A stretch of DNA of 64,000 nucleotides, taken from positions 33,503 through 97,502 of the forward strand of contig JBLNCY010000031.1 in NCBI GenBank assembly GCA_050261115.1. Direction: 5' to 3'. The translations under genes were made by a program, and so were the position numbers. The notes below the pieces were generated by a model. The model saw only the letters and a program-made list of their open reading frames with translations. It did not search any database and was not told the DNA's origin. Positions within the stretch are counted from its first letter, which is position 1. Every line of letters begins with the position of its first letter. Below are positions 57,916-64,000 of the stretch, piece after piece. This DNA comes from Methanocella sp. (GTDB taxonomy: Archaea > Thermoproteota > Bathyarchaeia > Bathyarchaeales > Bathycorpusculaceae).

Positions 57916-58134
57916 GGTTTTTCGCCCAACGCGGTTGTTTAATGTTAGCCTTTGGTGTTTATTTACCTTTACAGTAAAACATTAAAAATATGAGTCCAGT
58001 TCCGCTGTGCAGAGAGGGCGGTTCTTGTATCTGCTTGCTCTTGATTTTGGTATACATACCGCATATTTAACCGCTAAACCGGCTTGTTTTTGTGCCAATA
58101 AAACGAATAACAATAATTTTTTTGGGGTTACTTG

Positions 58135-58213
58135 TGGTAGCGGGGAGTAGATTTGAACTACTGATCTCTGGGTTATGAGCCCAGCGGGTTAATCCTGGCT
58201 ACCCCACCCCGCT
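58135..58213 (-). tRNA. initiator tRNA-Met (CAT), CCA encoded
   Basis: A1-U72 (AGCGGGG/CCCCGCT), three G-C pairs in the anticodon stem (CTGGG-CTCATAA-CCCAG), TTCAAAT loop. Confidence 0.95.
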
Positions 58214-58341
58214 CCATTTCGGGACATAATTAGGCTTGGTGCAGTCTATTATCCACATGTCAGATATTAATAGTTTCTTTTCCTCAAGTCAGCAAAAGCC
58301 TTTTAGTATCGAAGATATTTCCCTATGGCTGGATGGTTTAG

Positions 58342-59013
58342 ATGGATAAGCCGTATTTACGAAAACTCTCAAATCCGACCCTTGATAACCCAATCTTTGT
58401 ACAGGGGCTACCGGGCTTTGGCAACGTGGGGCGGATAGCGGCTCACTTACTAATCAAGTTCTGTGATGCTAAACCATTCGCGGAACTCTACTCCCCAACC
58501 TTCCCAGACTACATATCGGTAACCAGCAAAGGCATCGCACACCTACCCCGCTACGAATTCTACTACGCCCCCATGGAAAAAAACAACCTAATCATCATGA
58601 CAGGCGAAATCCAACCGAGCTTTGATGACGTCGTCGCCCATTATGATGTCTGCGGTGCCGTTTTGGATTTTGTTGAAGAAATCGGCTGTAAATTCGTTGT
58701 GACCATGGGCGGTGTTCCTATAACTGAGGATAAGACTCAGGTTTTCATAGCAGCCACCTCGCCACGCCTTGCCACCGAATTCATGGAGAAAGGCGGCGTC
58801 ATATATAGTAAAGGCCGCATTGTGGGCGGAACAGGCTTAACTTTGGCGTTGGCAAAAGAGCGTAAGATGAATGGCGTCAGCTTGCTTGGTACAACGATGG
58901 GTTTCAAGGCGGATAAGGGTGCTGGATTTCTGGTTTTCAAGTTTTTAATGAAGGCTTTAGGAAAAGAGATAAAAGAAGGTTTTGCGGAAAACAATCAATC
59001 TGAAGAGGCTTAA
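58342..59013 (+). CDS. PAC2-family proteasome assembly chaperone
   Basis: GLPGFGNVG, ELYSPTFP, LPRYEFY, GEIQP, TMGG. Confidence 0.88.
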   Translation: MDKPYLRKLSNPTLDNPIFVQGLPGFGNVGRIAAHLLIKFCDAKPFAELYSPTFPDYISVTSKGIAHLPRYEFYYAPMEKNNLIIMTGEIQPSFDDVVAHYDVCGAVLDFVEEIGCKFVVTMGGVPITEDKTQVFIAATSPRLATEFMEKGGVIYSKGRIVGGTGLTLALAKERKMNGVSLLGTTMGFKADKGAGFLVFKFLMKALGKEIKEGFAENNQSEEA

Positions 59014-59026
59014 GTTGGGCGCTGCC

Positions 59027-59260
59027 ATGACTGAAATTGATGAAAATAATGAAGAACTCCAAGTTGGAGGATCCAAGTTCACCCGAATAGTTTTAACTTT
59101 GGTTGCGGTGGTGCTGATTTTTGCTGGCCCAACTTATGTTCCGTGGCTATTCATTTCCGCAGGCGTCCCAGACGTGGGCGCAATAGTCATTGGCTTTGTG
59201 CTGTTCATCCTCGGATTGGGTTTGCTGATCTATTTGATCCGCAAGAAAGTCATAACCTAA
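59027..59260 (+). CDS. small two-TM membrane protein
   Basis: ATG 59027; two hydrophobic helices, FAGPTY. Confidence 0.7.
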   Translation: MTEIDENNEELQVGGSKFTRIVLTLVAVVLIFAGPTYVPWLFISAGVPDVGAIVIGFVLFILGLGLLIYLIRKKVIT

Positions 59261-59288
59261 AACAACCAACCTATTTTTAGTGAATTTT

Positions 59289-59342
59289 GCCTCAGATACC
59301 CTAGAGTGCATCATCAATCAGCTTTTAAGATTCTTCATCGGC
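59289..59342 (-). ncRNA. C/D-box guide sRNA
   Basis: gc-CGATGA-agaatcttaaaag-CTGA-t-TGATGA-tgcactctagggtat-CTGA-ggc; TTATTAAA box about 25 nt upstream. Confidence 0.8.
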
Positions 59343-59470
59343 GACCAAATTAGGATAAGCCTGTTTTAATAACCATTCCGCTGGGCCACACAATAAACAA
59401 CCCTCAAACCATCGCCGCAAACGTGAGAGTTAGGAAAACTTAATCTGATGCCAAAACAAGAAAGAAAAGT

Positions 59471-60445
59471 ATGCTCTTCCCTAAGAAGCGCTATCTCGCA
59501 ACCTTTAGGAGAATCTTAGTTGCGACACTTATGTTGCTTGTACTGGGTATGGCATCTCAAACATGCGTAGCTCAAGACGCTAATCCCCCATACGATGAAA
59601 CGTTTGAGTCAGAGATCCAAATCTTGGTTACTTCACCCAAAAACCTAACCAGCTACAACGCTGGATTACTAAATCTAGCCTTTGACGTAACAGTGGCAGA
59701 GGACACCAAGAACGCCCTTATCTCTGAAGTCAGCTACATCGGCGACTGGCAACACAAAGCCGCCACCATCTTTGCCTACGATGGATACCTCCCCAGACCA
59801 CGAAGCGCTCAACTTGCCAATCCACGCGAATTTAGCAACCCAATAAGCCAATTCTCCACATCCCTGAAACTAAACGACATCCCCGAGGGGCACCATTCAA
59901 TTACCATCCAAGTGTCAACATGGCATTACAATAAACTCGAAAAGATAGATGACCCTCTTGAACCCTACATACAATACACCGACCTGGTGATGGCAACCAA
60001 AACATGCAGTGTCTTTTTCACGGTAGATAATACACCGCCAACCATGGAGTTCCTAACAAAGAACAACACAAACTTCTACGCTTACCCTATAGCAATTGAA
60101 ATTTTCCACGATGAGCCCACAGCACAACTCAGCTACAGCATAGACGGCCAAGAAAAACAAACCGCAGAGGGGAATATAACACTTAGCGATCTCCCAAACG
60201 GCCTCCACACAATAACTATTGACTTAACTGACGCCGCAGGAAACAGTGCAGCATCAGCTACGCTGGTCTTTTCGGTTACGGTGGCTTCACCTTACGCGTT
60301 TGGAGCTGTCACTGCCCTCTTGGCTAGTGTCGGACTGCTGTTTTCCTTTAACCATTACAAGCGAACTAAGAAAGAAAAAAGCATGCCCAGCGTCTACTGT
60401 TTATGGTGGTGTTCGGGGTCTTGCAGCGCCCCAAACGCATTCTGA
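59471..60445 (+). CDS. exported Ig-like-domain protein with C-terminal TM
   Basis: Signal peptide, SPKN.TSY, IPEGHHSITI, VDNTPP, LSYSIDG, GLHTITI..DAAGN. Confidence 0.75.
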   Translation: MLFPKKRYLATFRRILVATLMLLVLGMASQTCVAQDANPPYDETFESEIQILVTSPKNLTSYNAGLLNLAFDVTVAEDTKNALISEVSYIGDWQHKAATIFAYDGYLPRPRSAQLANPREFSNPISQFSTSLKLNDIPEGHHSITIQVSTWHYNKLEKIDDPLEPYIQYTDLVMATKTCSVFFTVDNTPPTMEFLTKNNTNFYAYPIAIEIFHDEPTAQLSYSIDGQEKQTAEGNITLSDLPNGLHTITIDLTDAAGNSAASATLVFSVTVASPYAFGAVTALLASVGLLFSFNHYKRTKKEKSMPSVYCLWWCSGSCSAPNAF

Positions 60446-61782
60446 ACCACCTCATTGAGCGCGGGGTGAATATGCATTCCCCGCACAATGGGCCCATAGT
60501 CTCCCGGCGGAGTAACCATGGCGTTTGTAATCTCCTGAATCAGCACCGATGCTTCGGGGCCAATTATGTGGGCACCTAAAATCTTGGCACTCTCTCTTTC
60601 TACGATTACCTTCACAAATCCCTCGGGGTTACCCATAGCAGCCCCCATAGCCGTGTCCCGATAAAACGCTTTACCCACCAATATCTTGTAGTGCTGCTTG
60701 GCTTCAGCCTCCTTCAAGCCCACACTGGCAATCTGCGGATAAGTAAACACTGCATGAGGCGTAGCCGAGAAATCCATCGACACCTTATGGTCATGGGTAG
60801 CATTATGCCACACAACACCTGCCTCATAATTTGCCGCGTGCCTAAACATCTCCTGCCCAATAGCATCGCCAAAAGCGTAAATATGCTTCTTGCTGGTCTC
60901 TAGGCGATCGTTAACTTGGATGAAGCCACGCTCATTAAGTTTTATACCCGTTTTTTCTGGCTTTAGGAGATCAGCGTTAGAGACTCTGCCTGTGGCAATC
61001 ATCAAAGCTTCTGCGGAGAATTCCTGCTCGGTGCCGTCTAGGCGGTTGCGTACCCGAAGCGTTTTCTGGGTGCCTTGCTGGCGAACCTCTAAGGCTTCAC
61101 AGCTCGTGTAGACCTCCATACGCCGCCCAGCCTCGTTGAGTAGCAACTCGGATACTTCGGGTTCCTCTTCGGGTAGCACTCTATCGGTGCGTTGAATAAC
61201 CGTCGTTTTGGTGCCGATGGCTGAAAAGAAGTGTCCGTACTCCATGCCGATGTAGCCGCCGCCTACAATGAGTATGTCTTTTGGCTGCGTTTTCAGTTCA
61301 AGTACGGTGTCGCTTGTGAGGTAATCGACGGCGTCTATGCCTTTTATGGGGGGGATTGCGGTTCGTGCGCCCGAGGCGATGAATATGGTTTTAGCTTTGA
61401 TGGTTTGGGCGCCGACTTGTAGGGTGTAGTCGGAGATGAATTCGCCGGGTTCTTTGAACCATGTGAGTCCAGGGGTGGCTTCTACGGCTGCGGCTTGGTG
61501 GCTTGTGTCGCGGGTGACAAGAGCATGCATGCGGTTCATGATGTTTTGGAAATCCACCTGGTTTACTGTGACTTTGATGCCTATCTTTTCAGCTTCGGAT
61601 AGGCTTGCAAGTACGTCGGCGGGGTGAATCAGCATCTTGGATGGCACGCAGCCGACGTTGATGCAGGTGCCGCCCATCCTGCCGCTCTCAACTAAGGCGA
61701 CTTTGTAGCCTGCTTCTAGTGCAGCGGAGACAATAAGCATCCCCGACCCTGACCCGATTACGATTACATCGAATTCTTCCAT
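60394..61782 (-). CDS. dihydrolipoamide dehydrogenase/mycothione-reductase-like flavoprotein disulfide reductase
   Basis: IGSGSG, GGTCINVGCVPSK, GGGYIG, ATGR, HIHPALNE. Confidence 0.88.
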   Translation of the reverse strand: MEEFDVIVIGSGSGMLIVSAALEAGYKVALVESGRMGGTCINVGCVPSKMLIHPADVLASLSEAEKIGIKVTVNQVDFQNIMNRMHALVTRDTSHQAAAVEATPGLTWFKEPGEFISDYTLQVGAQTIKAKTIFIASGARTAIPPIKGIDAVDYLTSDTVLELKTQPKDILIVGGGYIGMEYGHFFSAIGTKTTVIQRTDRVLPEEEPEVSELLLNEAGRRMEVYTSCEALEVRQQGTQKTLRVRNRLDGTEQEFSAEALMIATGRVSNADLLKPEKTGIKLNERGFIQVNDRLETSKKHIYAFGDAIGQEMFRHAANYEAGVVWHNATHDHKVSMDFSATPHAVFTYPQIASVGLKEAEAKQHYKILVGKAFYRDTAMGAAMGNPEGFVKVIVERESAKILGAHIIGPEASVLIQEITNAMVTPPGDYGPIVRGMHIHPALNEVVQNAFGALQDPEHHHKQ

Positions 61783-61857
61783 AAAAACGCCTCAAGCATA
61801 TACAAGATTATGACTAAATAAACGCACATAAACTTTTCAATGGCACAAGCTTAGCAG

Positions 61858-62637
61858 TCAAAAAGTTGTAGCTTCGCTCAGGAACTTGGGGAGACACCGC
61901 TTATCCGTTAGGGGATCAAAGCTTTCCAGCTCACTCCTTTTTAGCGGCAACACGATTCGAGAGACCAAACCATTAAGACTATAGGGTAAACGGATTAGGC
62001 GGTACTCGCCGCTTGTAACCCACTCGTCAATATGAAACCCCCTCTGCTTGGCTTCACGCACTAAGCTAATCCGCTCCCCTGTATTGAGCAGATAAGCGTC
62101 TTGGTCTAGCACATGCACATGAAATCCCCGCCCCGAATAAACCACACATAAATCAGAAAACCGCCCCTGCAAGTACTCATATAGCTCAATGGCTTCCCTG
62201 CGTACCATATCTAACTCCAATTCACAGAAGCCAAGGCCCTGCTGCCGAGCCATCTTATCGGCAAGGCTGCCATGAATGGGGCAAACGACGTTTTCGGGAT
62301 CTAAATCAAAAGCCAACTCCTGCCCCACCTGTCGACCGTCCGCGTCGTAGAGGTTGCGGTCGTAGTAAACGGCTTCGGGGAGAAACTCAATAATCTGCAG
62401 TTGCAGGTCCCGTAGGTCGGTGTATTCATCGATTATGACGGTGGTAGCTGTCTCTTCTTTGTATTTGTCTAGCACTATTTTGGTGTGTCGACCCATAATT
62501 ACCGCAAACTTTACACCGCCAAGTTTGTCGCCGAACCATTCTTTGATTTTTTGGGTGTTGAATTCTTGGGTGTAGAATTGCCTGCGTTCGGCTAAGGTGG
62601 AGTACCGCATGCCTTTGGGGAAAAGATATTGCTTCAT
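61858..62637 (-). CDS. AEP-superfamily PriS-like protein
   Basis: ELAFDLDP, CPIH...C, YSGRGFHVH, IDEWVT, RLIRLPYSLN. Confidence 0.78.
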   Translation of the reverse strand: MKQYLFPKGMRYSTLAERRQFYTQEFNTQKIKEWFGDKLGGVKFAVIMGRHTKIVLDKYKEETATTVIIDEYTDLRDLQLQIIEFLPEAVYYDRNLYDADGRQVGQELAFDLDPENVVCPIHGSLADKMARQQGLGFCELELDMVRREAIELYEYLQGRFSDLCVVYSGRGFHVHVLDQDAYLLNTGERISLVREAKQRGFHIDEWVTSGEYRLIRLPYSLNGLVSRIVLPLKRSELESFDPLTDKRCLPKFLSEATTF

Positions 62638-62730
62638 AAGTTCACACTACAGAGGGAATAGGCTGCAGAAAAGGGTTTGTGGAAAAACCTATATTCAGCC
62701 AGAGACGCAGTTATTTGTGGTGAATTATTT

Positions 62731-63048
62731 TTGCCGATAGATCCTGATTTTCAAACCAAACGCCAAGTAGCCAGTGAACATAATGGTCATAAAGTTTGGG
62801 GCCCCGTCGAGCCGCCTCAAACGCTGGGTATCCACGGAACATTTGCAGCGGTGGATTGGGATGTTTGCGTGGGAGACGGCGTTTGTGCAGATGTCTGCCC
62901 AGTATCCCTCTATGACATGGTAGATACGCCAGGGCATCCCCTTAGTCAACGCAAAGCAGATCCGGCCCGCGAGAAGGACTGCATCCAATGCTTAGCCTGC
63001 GAGCTCCAGTGTCCTGCTGCTGCGATAAAAATCACTCCGCCACCCTAA
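62731..63048 (+). CDS. zfx: zinc-containing 7Fe ferredoxin
   Basis: PIDPDF..EHNGHKVWGPVEPP..LGIHGT, CVGDGVC...CP, CIQCLAC...CP, closely resembling Sulfolobus Zfx. Start TTG 62731. Confidence 0.88.
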   Translation: MPIDPDFQTKRQVASEHNGHKVWGPVEPPQTLGIHGTFAAVDWDVCVGDGVCADVCPVSLYDMVDTPGHPLSQRKADPAREKDCIQCLACELQCPAAAIKITPPP

Positions 63049-63077
63049 ACCGCAGAGTCTAAACAAAAATGTGAGAA

Positions 63078-63093
63078 CTGACCAGACGGTCAG
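63078..63093. terminator. hairpin between convergent zfx and sod
   Basis: CTGACC-agac-GGTCAG. Confidence 0.35.
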
Positions 63094-63104
63094 CCCCATT
63101 CCAT

Positions 63105-63740
63105 CTATTTTACTAAGGAGAGGTTCTTGTTGATTCTGTCCCAGTTGACGATGTTCCAGAAGTTCTCGACGAATTTGGCGCGGTCATTCTTGTAGTCAAT
63201 GTAGTATGCGTGTTCCCATACGTCAAGAGCCATCACGACTGTCAAGTTGGGGGCGAGGTTAACATTGTGTTTTTCTATCTGCAAGATGAAGGCGCGATCG
63301 ATGCAGGGGTGAACTGCCAGCGCGACCCAGCCTGATCCCTCCGTGCTTGTTGCGGCGTTGTTGAATATTTTTTTGAAGGATTCAAAGCTGCCAAAGTTGT
63401 TGTTTATTAATTCGGCGATTGCGCCAGTTGGGGCTCCTCCGCCGCCGCTGCCTTGGGGCGCCATGTTTTCCCAAAATATTGAATGCAGCATGTGACCGCC
63501 GACGTTAAAGGATAGTTCTTTTGCCAGACTTTTTACATAACCGTAGGATACCCAATAGTCAAGTTGTGTGCTTTCCTTGGTTGCCTCATCTATTCTGCCC
63601 ATTAGGGCGTTGGCTGCGTTTACGTATGCTTGGTGGTGTTTGCTGTGGTGGAGTTTTAGTTGCTCCTCGGATATGTAGGGGGCTAATGCGTTGTATTCAT
63701 AGGGTAGTTTGGGTAGAGTGAATGTTTTTACTTTTTCCAT
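63105..63740 (-). CDS. sod: Fe/Mn superoxide dismutase
   Basis: LPKLPY, HHSKHHQAYV, GGHMLHSIFW, GSGW, DVWEHAYY. Start ATG 63740. Confidence 0.95.
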   Translation of the reverse strand: MEKVKTFTLPKLPYEYNALAPYISEEQLKLHHSKHHQAYVNAANALMGRIDEATKESTQLDYWVSYGYVKSLAKELSFNVGGHMLHSIFWENMAPQGSGGGGAPTGAIAELINNNFGSFESFKKIFNNAATSTEGSGWVALAVHPCIDRAFILQIEKHNVNLAPNLTVVMALDVWEHAYYIDYKNDRAKFVENFWNIVNWDRINKNLSLVK

Positions 63741-64000
63741 AAGTTTCACCAAAAACCGGGTAATTTCAAAGAAGTATTGCTCTAATATACTTTGCTTTAA
63801 GGTGCATAGCGCTTGGCGTCTTGATGAAGCATGCAATCACATGACAAAGGGACAAGAAAACACAGAAATCGACTAATCTAAAAATAAATCTTATAAAGCG
63901 AGCTTTCATAGAAGTGCTATGAAAACCCTTTTTGCCTAAAGCTACCTTAAATGGTGTAGGAGCGGCTGGAAGAAACACCGTCTCTTTTTTGGGGCTCTCT

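Noticed and set aside
57994-58022. ORB-like origin box (TCCAGTTCC...GAGAGGG)
   Set aside because: Single weak match, with no cdc6/orc1 nearby.
60394-60445. 52-bp convergent overlap of two CDSs as a functional feature
   Set aside because: Most simply a lost stop codon extending a dispensable tail.
741-63978. Many short overlapping ORFs in the track (e.g. 32094..32615, 48547..48978, 41815..42249)
   Set aside because: Antisense or alternate-frame shadows of well-supported genes, with no motifs.
1-64000. CRISPR array, cas genes, transposases, integrases, prophage
   Set aside because: No regularly spaced repeats and no such protein motifs among the translations.

Overview
Archaeal chromosomal window, most consistent with Bathyarchaeia (TACK); this is inferred from S26e/S3Ae, Alba, CofD, Hel308, a PQQ-propeller surface protein, a membrane-anchored ArsR-HTH and a ribophorin-I-like protein. 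It holds about 60 CDSs: glycogen metabolism, nucleotide-sugar genes, translation genes, a bacterial-type cysK-cysE-metY-metX-metW block with two divergent regulators, oxidative-stress and copper genes, a surface-glycan cluster, and an iscS-iscU-sufS operon. It also holds tRNA-Leu(GAG), initiator tRNA-Met and a probable C/D-box guide RNA. No CRISPR array, transposase or integrase was seen. Main hunt results: (1) a palindromic operator, ATAAC-N3-GTTAT, shared by the cysK, metY, HTH-CBS regulator and Fe-S operon promoters, which suggests a sulfur regulon; (2) three genes (sufS, copA, metX) with no ATG/GTG/TTG at their conserved N-termini, apparently starting at ATA/ATC; (3) an IscS-like protein with a degenerate PLP/substrate site paired with an intact SufS; (4) a ~50-bp dispersed intergenic repeat in three copies; (5) an ATTTAC repeat array. 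All family calls come from motif recognition by eye; no searches were run.
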